A stretch of 64,000 nt of DNA from a virus (lineage: Duplodnaviria; Caudoviricetes). The stretch is taken from the IMG/VR virus record IMGVR_UViG_3300017585_000267, positions 1 through 64,000 of that record. One strand, given 5' to 3'. Position numbers and translations under genes: made by a program. Shown one piece after another: positions 38,412 through 47,430 of this stretch. The notes under the pieces are model-generated. The model ran no database searches, was not told the origin of the DNA, and was given only the letters and a program-made list of their open reading frames with translations. The first letter of the stretch is position 1. Each line of letters begins with the position of its first letter.

Positions 38412-39488
38412 TTATTTGAACAATGTCTTTAGTCTTTTGAATTCCTGCTTGTCTTCAAGCACCAGGAAGTAATCCGAGAAATCCTTGACCTTGAGGCGGT
38501 CCCTGTCCTTGAAGAACCCGGTGTTAGGAAGTCTTTCAAGTAGCTCCGGGGTCACCTTCACCTCCTCCAGGCCAAAGTCAGGTATGACATAGGGAAGCCC
38601 CGTCTTCTCCGAGAGCCTCACTGCGTCCTCCTTGCCATACTTGTCCCTGTCAAAGGAGATGTAGACCTTCCGATACCTTCTCTTGAGTTCCTTCAGGGCG
38701 GTGTCGCTTATGCCGTAGCCCTCTCCTTGGGGGGCCACGGCGGGTATCCCAAGCTGTGACCATACGCACAGTGCGTCCTTGAGGGAGGAGCAGATCACCA
38801 TCCGCTCCCCGTACTCAGGGATTCTTGTCCAAAGGGAAATCACGGAGCTGTCCATGCTGTTGCACCACTTGAAGCCATCCTTGTTGAACGGCTGGTAGAT
38901 TTTCAGCGACAGCCTCCGCTCCTTCCTCTCGACGAACACGTATGCATACTTGTCCGCCTTGAACACCATCCTTCGGCCCTTGTCCTCAGGACTCTCCTTC
39001 TTGGTGATGATCTTATGTGAGATGGGATACACCTCACACTGCTTCAGGAGTTCTGGGTTCACCCCGTAGCTCCTCCAGTAGTCGTAGTCGTATTCCTGCC
39101 ACGGACGTACCCTCACCTCAAGCTTCGTGAGCCTGTCCCTTTCCTGCCTTGTGAAGGTCTTCACCCTCTTGGCCTTGAGCGTGACCTTGGCATCCGACAG
39201 CAGCTGTTCCTGTATCCTGGCCAAGGCCTGGGGGAACGTACAGTGCCAATACTGGCAAAGCAGTTCCATCAGGCCACCATTTTCTGCGGTGGCATAGTCT
39301 ATGTACCTGACATGGCCGTTCCTGGTGACATAAAGTCCGAAGGAGGGCTTGCTGTCCTTCCTTAGGGGAGAGTTTATGCAACAGGGAAGGACGTGGATGT
39401 CAAAGCAGCATGCCAGCACCTCGGCCTCGGAATAGTTGCCGAACAACTCTCCCATGCTGACGTTGGGACCTGTCTCACCTACTACCAT
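38412..39488 (-). CDS. DnaG-like DNA primase (Toprim)
   Basis: SPLRKDSKPSF Zn-ribbon-like start, SSLKD, FDRDxxG and KDFSD motifs. Confidence 0.85.
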   Translation of the reverse strand: MVVGETGPNVSMGELFGNYSEAEVLACCFDIHVLPCCINSPLRKDSKPSFGLYVTRNGHVRYIDYATAENGGLMELLCQYWHCTFPQALARIQEQLLSDAKVTLKAKRVKTFTRQERDRLTKLEVRVRPWQEYDYDYWRSYGVNPELLKQCEVYPISHKIITKKESPEDKGRRMVFKADKYAYVFVERKERRLSLKIYQPFNKDGFKWCNSMDSSVISLWTRIPEYGERMVICSSLKDALCVWSQLGIPAVAPQGEGYGISDTALKELKRRYRKVYISFDRDKYGKEDAVRLSEKTGLPYVIPDFGLEEVKVTPELLERLPNTGFFKDRDRLKVKDFSDYFLVLEDKQEFKRLKTLFK

Positions 39489-39514
39489 AAGATCTACTTC
39501 AAGGTGTTCTCAGT

Positions 39515-40510
39515 CTATTCCCAAGGCATCTTGGGGGCGTCGTCGGCTGGAAGGTCGTCAAGGACGACCCCAGGATTGCCAGATTGGGGCGTGTCACCGT
39601 AGGAGTAGGGCTGTTCGAGGTTCGTGGCCTCCACGGAGTACTCCTGGAGAGGGCACACCTTGTAGGTGAACTTCTGTGAGAACGAGCTCTCGGGATTCCG
39701 ATAGAGGAAGATGAGCCTGTCCTCGGCCCTCTTGAGCACCTTGTCGTTGACATAGCCGAACATGAGCTGCGGATCCGTGGATATCACCTGGAACTGACCG
39801 CTCTCGGTCGACTTCACACCATAGGTGAGGTAAATCTTGTTGTTGGGCTGAAGCGCGATGGCCTCCCTGAGCTCGGAGAAGTCGCCCTTGAAGTAGTCCT
39901 TGACGTGCTCAAGCTGGAGGGTATATATGTCAAGATCCTCCCCGTCCCTGAGAAGCCACTCGTTTTTCTCATACGTGAAGGCATCACGTATGCCGAGGAA
40001 GGTATGCAGGAACGCCACCAACTGGGCCTCACCTTCCCAGGCGACCCTGTACTTGGCGTCGATCTTCTGGAGGTGAACCATGTTGTCCTTGCCTGTATAG
40101 GTAAGCCTCTTGCCCGCCTTGGCGTCCTCGGCGCTGGCGTTGGCCGAATTGCCGTACCTGTCTATCACGGTGAGAAGCTTGACTTCCTTGCCTTCGGAGT
40201 TCGTGAAGCTCCTTGCCGCCGCCGTGTTCCTCAGGAAGAAGGACACCTTGTTGATGACATCTATTCCATCATTGAGCTCGGGGACCGTCTTCACGATGAA
40301 GTCAATGCGGACGGTCTCCACGCCATCCTGTTCGCCGGTGTACTGAGGTTCGGCGACCTCCCTTCCATAGAGCTTCCCGAGCTCCTCCTTGGAGGGATTC
40401 ACGGCAAGGATTTGGGAAGCCCCTATGCCTACGTACCTTTTGAAGTCCCCAAACGATTCCGAGGACTGGTGGGTCTGGCCAATTGCCAGGAAACTGTAAC
40501 TGCTGTTCAT
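39515..40510 (-). CDS. crAss-like single-stranded DNA-binding protein
   Basis: LAVNPSxEEL motif, position between the AAA ATPase and primase, acidic DDLPADDAPKMPWE tail. Start MNSSYS. Confidence 0.6.
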   Translation of the reverse strand: MNSSYSFLAIGQTHQSSESFGDFKRYVGIGASQILAVNPSKEELGKLYGREVAEPQYTGEQDGVETVRIDFIVKTVPELNDGIDVINKVSFFLRNTAAARSFTNSEGKEVKLLTVIDRYGNSANASAEDAKAGKRLTYTGKDNMVHLQKIDAKYRVAWEGEAQLVAFLHTFLGIRDAFTYEKNEWLLRDGEDLDIYTLQLEHVKDYFKGDFSELREAIALQPNNKIYLTYGVKSTESGQFQVISTDPQLMFGYVNDKVLKRAEDRLIFLYRNPESSFSQKFTYKVCPLQEYSVEATNLEQPYSYGDTPQSGNPGVVLDDLPADDAPKMPWE

Positions 40511-40535
40511 TTTACCTTTGCTTTTATGTTTGACA

Positions 40536-41111
40536 TTAATTGAATGGGTCGAATTCAGGAACCGACGGTCCCTCGGGAACCGCTTCCGGCTCGGGTTCCT
40601 CAGCCACGGGGGCTTCTTCCAAGGCCTCAGGGAGGTCATCGGGAACTGCCTCAGGCTCGGACTCCTTAACTACTGGAGCCTCCTCAGGAGTCTCTGAGGC
40701 ATCGTCAGGAATTATGTTCGGCACAGTCTCCTCAAAAGTCGGAGTTACTTCCTTAGGAGTAGTGGCGGCAGAGTCCTCACAATGGTTGTACACCACATAT
40801 ACATTTCTTCCGGCATCGTAGTGCACGTTGGGGTTGGGCTCCCAGGTGGTCACCTTTACGGGCCTGCCTTCCTTGTCGAACTTGCCGGCCACCTCATTGA
40901 CCTCACGATGGCAGAGCTGGCTTGCCGCAAGGCCATACTTGGCCATCAAGCCAGCATTTTGGCTGTCTATGATCTCTTGGATGGTACGGTACTCCTCAGT
41001 AAGCTTCTGGATCTTGCTTACTATCCTTTTCTTCCTCTCTACGTCAGGCTGTACGACCTGCGCAATCCTTTTCACTGCGGCCCAGTCGCGGGTCGAAAGA
41101 ATTTTCTCCAT
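40536..41111 (-). CDS. Hypothetical protein with coiled coil and acidic Pro/Glu-rich tail
   Basis: Start MEKILS; duplicated EEAPVxxExEPEAVP; ends FDPFN. Confidence 0.65.
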   Translation of the reverse strand: MEKILSTRDWAAVKRIAQVVQPDVERKKRIVSKIQKLTEEYRTIQEIIDSQNAGLMAKYGLAASQLCHREVNEVAGKFDKEGRPVKVTTWEPNPNVHYDAGRNVYVVYNHCEDSAATTPKEVTPTFEETVPNIIPDDASETPEEAPVVKESEPEAVPDDLPEALEEAPVAEEPEPEAVPEGPSVPEFDPFN

Positions 41112-41143
41112 GTTGCTTTGTGTTTTTGGGTTTTTGTTAAACT

Positions 41144-41974
41144 TTAAGAATTTTGGGTTTTCGTCATATCCAGGAATATCTGCGACATGTCCACCTTGAG
41201 GACGTTGTCCTCGTCCGAGGAGGCCACCATGAACCTCTTTCCCCGAAGGTGCAGGCACCTGGCCTCCCTAAGGGTGTTGTCGCCCCCCTCAAAGGAGATG
41301 TAGGTCTTCTTGCCCTCCCTGTAGATGTAGCCTATGGCGTCGGCCTCGCCGCAGATGATGGGGCCCATCTTCCCTGCGAGGTCCAGGGTCATCTCGCTCT
41401 GCTCCTGGCTGTCCTTCGTGATCTGCTTGTCCTTCACGTGGCACACAAGAATCAAGGTCTCGCAAAGCGGCTTGAACATGTTGATGATTTCCTTGATGGC
41501 AAGCCTGGTGTACAGGTAGCCCGAGCCATTGGGAAGCGTCCTGACGTCCGCATTGGGGTCAAGTATCGGCCTTCCGTCCTTGTCCTTGGCCACCATCCCC
41601 ATCTTGTCCTTCAAGTAGCCCCAGCCAGCTCCCATGGAAGTCTTCCTGTACTTGCTGGCCGCCACCGCGAGGGACATCTCCTCGAGCCTCGAGGCATTGT
41701 CTATGGTGATGTACCTGTACGGCAGCTTTCCGCCGTTCTCCCTTATCTTGTCCTCGATGGCGGACCTGATGTTGTATATGTCGGCCGCTCCCTTGGCCTG
41801 TATGACCATCGCGTCGAGGGCCCTGTAGCCATCCTCGAGGTCTATGATGAGGTTGGAGTCCAGGGAGGCCACTATGCTGCTCTTCCCAGTCTTCGGCTTC
41901 CCGAAGAGCACCAGGAGCCTCGGGTTGTAACTGATTGCCTTCCTACGTTCCGTAGGCAAAATGATGTTGCTCAT
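41144..41974 (-). CDS. AAA_24/Sak4-like ATPase (ssDNA annealing)
   Basis: GKPKTGKS, DLEDG, ITID, GYxY and LVCH motifs. Confidence 0.82.
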   Translation of the reverse strand: MSNIILPTERRKAISYNPRLLVLFGKPKTGKSSIVASLDSNLIIDLEDGYRALDAMVIQAKGAADIYNIRSAIEDKIRENGGKLPYRYITIDNASRLEEMSLAVAASKYRKTSMGAGWGYLKDKMGMVAKDKDGRPILDPNADVRTLPNGSGYLYTRLAIKEIINMFKPLCETLILVCHVKDKQITKDSQEQSEMTLDLAGKMGPIICGEADAIGYIYREGKKTYISFEGGDNTLREARCLHLRGKRFMVASSDEDNVLKVDMSQIFLDMTKTQNS

Positions 41975-42004
41975 AAATCGCTTCTGCTTTGATAATATTA
42001 AGTA

Positions 42005-42012
42005 CAAAAATA
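42005..42012 (-). promoter_or_regulatory. Bacteroidota-type -7 promoter element
   Basis: TATTTTTG about 30 nt upstream of the AAA ATPase start. Confidence 0.55.
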
Positions 42013-42073
42013 CCTGGAGTTTTCCAGGTATACAATAGATTGAATGAGTCGCTTTGGATGGCGAAGAACCTTC

Positions 42074-43228
42074 CTAAGCCGGCTCGAACACTGTCCCCGG
42101 GTTGAGGCTGTCCTGCTCCACCCTTCGAACGTAGTCATAGACGGCGTTGAGGCCATTTATGTCGTCGGACCTCGGCAGCTCCGAGAACATGCTGGTGGCC
42201 CCGTCGAAGAACAGCGGGACTATTAGCCCCCCGGCGCCGTAGTCCCTGTCGTCAAGGAACTCCAGGAACCTTCCGTAGTTCTTCAGCCTCTCTATGCTGT
42301 AGCCGTTGTACTCCCTCTTCCTGAACTTGTAGGGATTGAAGAGGCCCAATATGACGTTGGCGTCACGTGCGGTGGTCTTGCAATCCCCCAAGCCACTGAC
42401 GGTGGGCCTCATCATGTCGACCTTGATGCTTTCCAGGCCTTCCTGCGCCTGGGCCTGGTGCTGGATGAACACGAAGATGTACTTGAGCTGCTTCCTCAGC
42501 GAGATGCCGTACTTCGACATCCTGTCTATGGTCTCCATCCTGCTGTTGCAGCCGCTCTCCTGCACGAGGTTCGCGCCGTTGTCAAGGATTATTATCCTGT
42601 ACTCGTCCTCGTCGTCCTGGGTGTATGGGTTGATGGGGTCGACCACGGGAACCTCCTCAACCTTGCCTGTGACGTCGTTCTTCCTCCTGACCACGGTGTA
42701 GTTCATGTGACCGTGCTCAAGGGCGTAGTTCCTGCACACCTTGTTGATTCCCGTGGGGTTCTTGGTGGTGTCGTCGAAGGACACCATCCTGTCATAGGCC
42801 TCTATGTACGGCCTGTACCTGGCGGACTCAAGGAGCTCGAAGATGTGGGGGTCACAGGGGTGGCTGCGGTCGGTGCTTCTGAGAATCTTGGGCGAGATGT
42901 GCACCCTGTCCAGCCTGGACAGCAGGTAGCACAGGAACTCGTCGTACTTCTCGGCGGCGCTCATCTCAAGGGAGAAGTAAAGCACCCGCACCTTGAGCTC
43001 GGGATGGGACATCATGAAGAACAGGGGCTCGTAGATGAACATGTAGTCGCTCAGCTTCGACTTCCCCACCTTCTGGTTCGCCGTGATCAGCACGAACTTG
43101 CCCCTCTCGAACCCCGGATATACATGCCTGGCCCGGGCGAAGGGGAACGGGAGGCAGTTGTACTTGCCGTCCAGCACCCTCTGCCTGCGGGCCTTGTATG
43201 CATCCAGCACTTCCTCGAACTTTCCCAT
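42074..43228 (-). CDS. DnaB-like replicative helicase
   Basis: ANQKVGKS Walker A, YFSLEMS, IILD, QHQ and RDAN motifs. Confidence 0.85.
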   Translation of the reverse strand: MGKFEEVLDAYKARRQRVLDGKYNCLPFPFARARHVYPGFERGKFVLITANQKVGKSKLSDYMFIYEPLFFMMSHPELKVRVLYFSLEMSAAEKYDEFLCYLLSRLDRVHISPKILRSTDRSHPCDPHIFELLESARYRPYIEAYDRMVSFDDTTKNPTGINKVCRNYALEHGHMNYTVVRRKNDVTGKVEEVPVVDPINPYTQDDEDEYRIIILDNGANLVQESGCNSRMETIDRMSKYGISLRKQLKYIFVFIQHQAQAQEGLESIKVDMMRPTVSGLGDCKTTARDANVILGLFNPYKFRKREYNGYSIERLKNYGRFLEFLDDRDYGAGGLIVPLFFDGATSMFSELPRSDDINGLNAVYDYVRRVEQDSLNPGTVFEPA

Positions 43229-43230
43229 GG

Positions 43231-43884
43231 CTATAGCATCGTCGTGGTCCAGTCCTCGGAACGGCTGTCGGGAACCTCCCCGGCCTCCTTCTCGTTGAGC
43301 GCGTTCTCGAGGTAGGTGGCGAGCTCAGACCTCACCACCTTCTTCACGGTGCATCCGAGCTCGTCAAGTATGGGGACCTCCTTCGAGATGAAATACTTGC
43401 TGAGCTGGCGGCTCCTCGGGGAGTTGTCCATCTCCCTGTTGTAGTCTCTGGCTGCGGCGAGCACCGCCTCCTTGAAATTCTCCTTGTCCCCGTACCTCTT
43501 GACCAGTCCGTCATAGGAGGCCATGAACTTCTTGAACTTCAGCTTCAGCTCCCTCGAGTTGCACCTGTAGTAATAGGGAGTGGGCCCGCTGTTCCCAATC
43601 ATCTTGCCTGGCGGCCAGAACTTCGCGAACTGCCTCACCAGGTCGTCCAGCCATTCCTCATCATCCACGACGCCCGTGGAGTCCAGGAGGATTTCGTCAA
43701 GCTCCTCACTCCACCTCTGGGTGACGAGATAGTCCCTGCCGTTCTTCACCATGATCTCCCTGTCCAGCAGGTCCTTTATGTCCTTCCCCACGTCTGGGGA
43801 TGTCCTCACCGCAAGGGCGAAGAGCACCTGCGGGATGGAGAGGTTGTGCTTCTCGGCAATCCTCTCATTGATTTGAAAATCCAT
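43231..43884 (-). CDS. Hypothetical replication-module protein (possible initiator or helicase loader)
   Basis: Immediately upstream of the DnaB-like gene; wHTH-like N-terminus. Confidence 0.55.
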   Translation of the reverse strand: MDFQINERIAEKHNLSIPQVLFALAVRTSPDVGKDIKDLLDREIMVKNGRDYLVTQRWSEELDEILLDSTGVVDDEEWLDDLVRQFAKFWPPGKMIGNSGPTPYYYRCNSRELKLKFKKFMASYDGLVKRYGDKENFKEAVLAAARDYNREMDNSPRSRQLSKYFISKEVPILDELGCTVKKVVRSELATYLENALNEKEAGEVPDSRSEDWTTTML

Positions 43885-43907
43885 CTTCAGTCATCTTTAC
43901 ATTATCG

Positions 43908-44180
43908 CTATAGTTTCAATATCTGCTCGCTTACGTCCCTGAGGTGCCTGTTGAGGTCCTCGAGGATGCAGTCGCACACGTCCTCATGGAGCCGTCTCCT
44001 GAAGGACGTGGACAGCTTGCTCTGGGGATCGCTCTTGCAGAACGCGATGGAATCCATCCCACTGCCAACGGTGATGGTGCCGTAGAGTTTCCTGAACTCC
44101 CTCATCTTCTCTATGAGCTCCTTGCACTTGCGCCTTTCGCCCATCAGTGCGACGGCCTTGTCAAATGTCTCTTCCGTCAT
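43908..44180 (-). CDS. Hypothetical protein
   Basis: Packed 90-aa ORF. Confidence 0.6.
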   Translation of the reverse strand: MTEETFDKAVALMGERRKCKELIEKMREFRKLYGTITVGSGMDSIAFCKSDPQSKLSTSFRRRLHEDVCDCILEDLNRHLRDVSEQILKL

Positions 44181-44183
44181 GGT

Positions 44184-45392
44184 CTATAGACAATCGGTTA
44201 TGTCATTTACCTTCCTTATGAACCTGGGGTCATAGTCCCCCATCATGTCATTCACGATCTCCTCCTCCCTGGTGCCGCTGTAGTACGGGATGACTATCTT
44301 TGGGTGCCTGTGCCGGAGGAGACGGCCAATCCTCTGGACCTTTATGGTGTCCGAGGAGTTGACGTTGGCGAAGATTCCCCACTGGCAGTTCACCAGGTTC
44401 ACCCCTTCGTTGAGTATCTGGCAAGCCGTTATATGGTCTATCTTGCCTGAGTTGAACTCGTCGAGCAACTGGTCGTTCACCTTGTCGCCGTTTTTTGAGT
44501 GTATGCAGTGCGTCCCAAGGATTTCGGCCTGCTGCACGCTGCAACAGAAGGTGAGCGTCCTGAAGGGGGCCAGCTTCCCGAGGATTCCCAGTACGACCCG
44601 GTTCTTCGCGTTCGCGAGGAACTTCAGCCTCTCGCCGCAGAGGTTCAGCCAGGAATGCTTGGCCCACTCGCTGCGGGTTTTCTCGTAGAATCTCTTTCGG
44701 CGGTCTACCTCCTGATTGTACCACTGGAGCTTCTGCCTCTGGGTCGCCCTGAGGTCGGCCCTCTCCCCCGACTTCCTGTACTTCCAGGCCATCTCGTAGT
44801 CGTCTTTAATCACAGGGTTTCTCGCCTTGGGATTAATCGCCACCACCTCCCCCCTCTCCCTGTTGTCAAGCTGGAGCGGAAGCAGGTATATCTCGGGTTC
44901 AGGGAGGACTCCCCCATCGATCGCCTCCTGTGTAGTCACGGAGACGACGCCGACGTTGTAATGAATCCTGAGCCAATGCCTCAAGTTGTCCGGTATGGTC
45001 GCCGAGAGGCCTATGAGATGACTGAACCTGAGGGTGGACAGGCTGAGGAGCCTCGCGTCAGACCCGACATGGTGCACCTCGTCGGCTATCACCACGTCGA
45101 AGTACTCCTCCTCGTGCCTGTGGAGGGACTCGTAGCATTCCATGAGAACCTTCACCGGGAGCCCGGCGAAGCTGCCCCACTTCGAGATTTCATCGGACCA
45201 GGTGTCCTTGTGGACCCTCTTCGCCACAAGCAGGAGTATCCTGCATTCCCTCGAGGGGTCCTTCAGGCAGAGCTGCCGAACGAGGTCCAGGGAGAGCTTC
45301 GTCTTCCCGTAGCCGGTCCCCGCCTCTATTATGAGGTGCGGGGATGTCTTGAGTACCCTAAGGCACTCCTGCCTTACGTCTTCCCTGTTCAT
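44184..45392 (-). CDS. SF2 DExH helicase
   Basis: GTGYGKT, DEVH, SAT, LNEGVN and QRIGR motifs. Start MNREDV. Confidence 0.9.
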   Translation of the reverse strand: MNREDVRQECLRVLKTSPHLIIEAGTGYGKTKLSLDLVRQLCLKDPSRECRILLLVAKRVHKDTWSDEISKWGSFAGLPVKVLMECYESLHRHEEEYFDVVIADEVHHVGSDARLLSLSTLRFSHLIGLSATIPDNLRHWLRIHYNVGVVSVTTQEAIDGGVLPEPEIYLLPLQLDNRERGEVVAINPKARNPVIKDDYEMAWKYRKSGERADLRATQRQKLQWYNQEVDRRKRFYEKTRSEWAKHSWLNLCGERLKFLANAKNRVVLGILGKLAPFRTLTFCCSVQQAEILGTHCIHSKNGDKVNDQLLDEFNSGKIDHITACQILNEGVNLVNCQWGIFANVNSSDTIKVQRIGRLLRHRHPKIVIPYYSGTREEEIVNDMMGDYDPRFIRKVNDITDCL

Positions 45393-45634
45393 AGTGTAAA
45401 CAATGTCTTGGTTTCCCTCACCCTGGCGGAGATGTCGTTGCCCTCGTTGTCCCGCCACTTGTAGTAGCGCCAGTAGGTGACCTGTATCTTCCTGTGCTTG
45501 CCGTCAATCCACACGGCCCCGAACTCAAACCAGTACTTCGCGAGGAAATGCCTCACGACCAGGAACACGAGAACCGCAAGCGGCAGGATGAGCAACCACT
45601 GTACGCTGGCGTCAGTTACCATGAGGCAGCGCAT
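45389..45634 (-). CDS. Small membrane protein
   Basis: TM segment WLLILPLAVLVFLVV; ATGA overlap with the helicase start. Confidence 0.55.
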   Translation of the reverse strand: MRCLMVTDASVQWLLILPLAVLVFLVVRHFLAKYWFEFGAVWIDGKHRKIQVTYWRYYKWRDNEGNDISARVRETKTLFTL

Positions 45635-45908
45635 CAGTCGTCCCCTCCTGACAGACAGAACAGGGCGACGATGAATACGATCATTACGTGTGACCAGATA
45701 ATCATAGCTCCTTAAGTTTAAAAGGCATCGGCAGGCGTCCTGGAAGAAAGTAAGGGAAATGGCAAAAATAAAGCCCAAGACGTATGCCGACACCGAAAGT
45801 CCTTTAAAAAGTGCCGAAGGATGGCCTATGGAAAACCCCTGAAAAGAACCAGAAACGGGGCGTACAGCCAGCCACCCTTCGGCACGACATCCATGTAAAT
45901 TCAATATG

Positions 45909-45916
45909 CAAAGATA
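45909..45916 (-). promoter_or_regulatory. Bacteroidota-type -7 promoter element
   Basis: TATCTTTG heading the helicase operon. Confidence 0.55.
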
Positions 45917-45971
45917 GGAAACAATTCCCATTATTGCCAAACAAAACCAAGGTTCAGCGGAGCGCCGGCCC

Positions 45972-46184
45972 TCAGTCCTCCCGGGACCTGCGCCTCCCTA
46001 TGCACCTGCTGGCCCACTTGAGCCATTCGCTGTCGACGAAGTAGGCCTGCTGCCCATACTCCGAGACACCCATGTCGTCATTTATGAGGTAGGAGTTGCT
46101 GTCAAAGCCGTCCAGCTCCATGTAGGACTGCGACTCAGGCCAGCACACCACCTGAAAAAGCCTAGGTCTCTCCATGTCAGCCAA
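45972..46184 (-). CDS. Small hypothetical protein
   Basis: VxWPESQxxME...F...LI...G..AY motif common in Bacteroidota phage hypotheticals. Confidence 0.65.
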   Translation of the reverse strand: MADMERPRLFQVVCWPESQSYMELDGFDSNSYLINDDMGVSEYGQQAYFVDSEWLKWASRCIGRRRSRED

Positions 46185-46467
46185 TGTTAAGCAGCGAGGC
46201 GACCTTCCAAAGGACCCTCTTGAGCCTCATCTTCCACATCCAGCACCAGCTGTACGAGGGGCTGCCGCCCATAGCCAGCAGGCAGGTGTTCCTGCGGTCC
46301 CTTGCGAGGTGTCCATACCAACGGTCCTCGCAGGCCTTGGGTGTCCTCCCGATCTCGTCGGACACCATGATGAAGCACCTTGACATGTTCTGTGGGAAGG
46401 CCGTGACCTGCCTTATGAGCCTGAGGTCCTCGGCCTGCGTCCACTTTCTCTTTGGTGAAGTTGCCAT
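46177..46467 (-). CDS. Myb/SANT-like (RsfA-type) HTH protein
   Basis: KWTQAEDxxL...IGRTPKACEDRW. Confidence 0.7.
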   Translation of the reverse strand: MATSPKRKWTQAEDLRLIRQVTAFPQNMSRCFIMVSDEIGRTPKACEDRWYGHLARDRRNTCLLAMGGSPSYSWCWMWKMRLKRVLWKVASLLNIG

Positions 46468-46573
46468 AGTTGTTGTTTTTAATGGTTGTTGAAAAATAAG
46501 TGACGCCATCCAGTGCCTGCCGAAAACAGCTCCAGTTGACTATTGAATGCCTGCACGGGAGGGTGTCACCTTG

Positions 46574-46645
46574 TAGCTCCAGCAGGAATCGAACCTGCAC
46601 CTGGGGTTTAGGAAACCCCCGTTCTGTCCGTTGAACTATGGAGCC
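46574..46645 (-). tRNA. tRNA-Arg(CCU)
   Basis: Cloverleaf GGCTCCA...GGGGT-TT CCT AA-ACCCC...GGTTCGATTCC...TGGAGCT-A. Confidence 0.9.
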
Positions 46646-46680
46646 AAATGAGGGATGCCTTCAATGGGACAGCCCCTTTG

Positions 46681-46752
46681 CAATGGGCAGCGGAATCGAA
46701 CCACTGTCTCAAGGTTGAAGACCTTGCGTACTGACCGCTATACCAGCCCACC
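46681..46752 (-). tRNA. tRNA-Glu(UUC), non-canonical (C33, two G:U pairs at the top of the acceptor stem)
   Basis: Cloverleaf with anticodon arm CAAGG-TC TTC AA-CCTTG and T-loop TTCGATT. Confidence 0.7.
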
Positions 46753-46866
46753 TTATAAAGCCTGGCGATCCTCACGGACAGCCAGGCCATTCCATAAACC
46801 GTAAAAAAAGTTGATGAACAAAAACTAAGCTATGAATAACCGCACTATGTTCCATAGCAGTCCTTG

Positions 46867-46874
46867 CAAAGCTA
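46867..46874 (-). promoter_or_regulatory. Bacteroidota-type -7 promoter element for the tRNA pair
   Basis: TAGCTTTG about 115 nt upstream of tRNA-Glu. Confidence 0.5.
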
Positions 46875-46939
46875 CAAAATGAGGATGACAACCACAAAGG
46901 CCTTAACGCCATCCTTATGTACGTTAAAGGCCTGTGTAC

Positions 46940-47083
46940 CTATAGCCTCGAGATCAGTCCCTCAAGCTCGTCGACGTGCATAGACAGACGTTCCTTCATG
47001 CCGCGCAGCTGCTTCAACAGGTATGCGCACCTGTCCTTCTCGGCGATGAGTCTCTTCGCCTCGTTGAATGTACTGTAGTCCAT
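46940..47083 (-). CDS. 47-aa protein, shortened paralogue of ORF 43908-44180
   Basis: Translated by hand: MDYSTFNEAKRLIAEKDRCAYLLKQLRGMKERLSMHVDELEGLISRL*. Confidence 0.55.
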   Translation of the reverse strand: MDYSTFNEAKRLIAEKDRCAYLLKQLRGMKERLSMHVDELEGLISRL

Positions 47084-47091
47084 AATTCTTT

Positions 47092-47430
47092 TTAATTTTC
47101 TCGTTCAGCCAATCGTTCGGCGACTTCTTCAAGCTGGTCTGCTATGAGGCCACCGAGGTTCTCCAAATCCATCAAGTGCTTCTTGACGTCATCCTGTAGC
47201 CCCCGAAGCTTCCCGATGTCATCCATTACGACGGGAATGCCATTCGAGATGTCCGGAATGCTTCCGTCGGCCATTCCACGAAGCCTGAAGATGGTTCGGT
47301 CCAGCCTTTCACGGATGTTCCAGATGCAGTCAAGCAAGGAATCCTCATATACCTGAAGTTCCTTGAGGTCGCACCCAACAAGGTACAGCCTGTCCAAAGG
47401 CGAAAGGCCGCTCATATCGCACCCTCCCAC
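47092..47430 (-). CDS. Hypothetical helical protein
   Basis: Packed ORF after the RNA ligase. Confidence 0.55.
   Translation of the reverse strand: MGGCDMSGLSPLDRLYLVGCDLKELQVYEDSLLDCIWNIRERLDRTIFRLRGMADGSIPDISNGIPVVMDDIGKLRGLQDDVKKHLMDLENLGGLIADQLEEVAERLAEREN

Noticed and set aside
46500-46573. Theta/HDV-like ribozyme downstream of tRNA-Arg
   Set aside because: It folds as a simple long hairpin (GTGACACC...GGCGTCAC). I could not build the nested P1/P2/P3 double pseudoknot.
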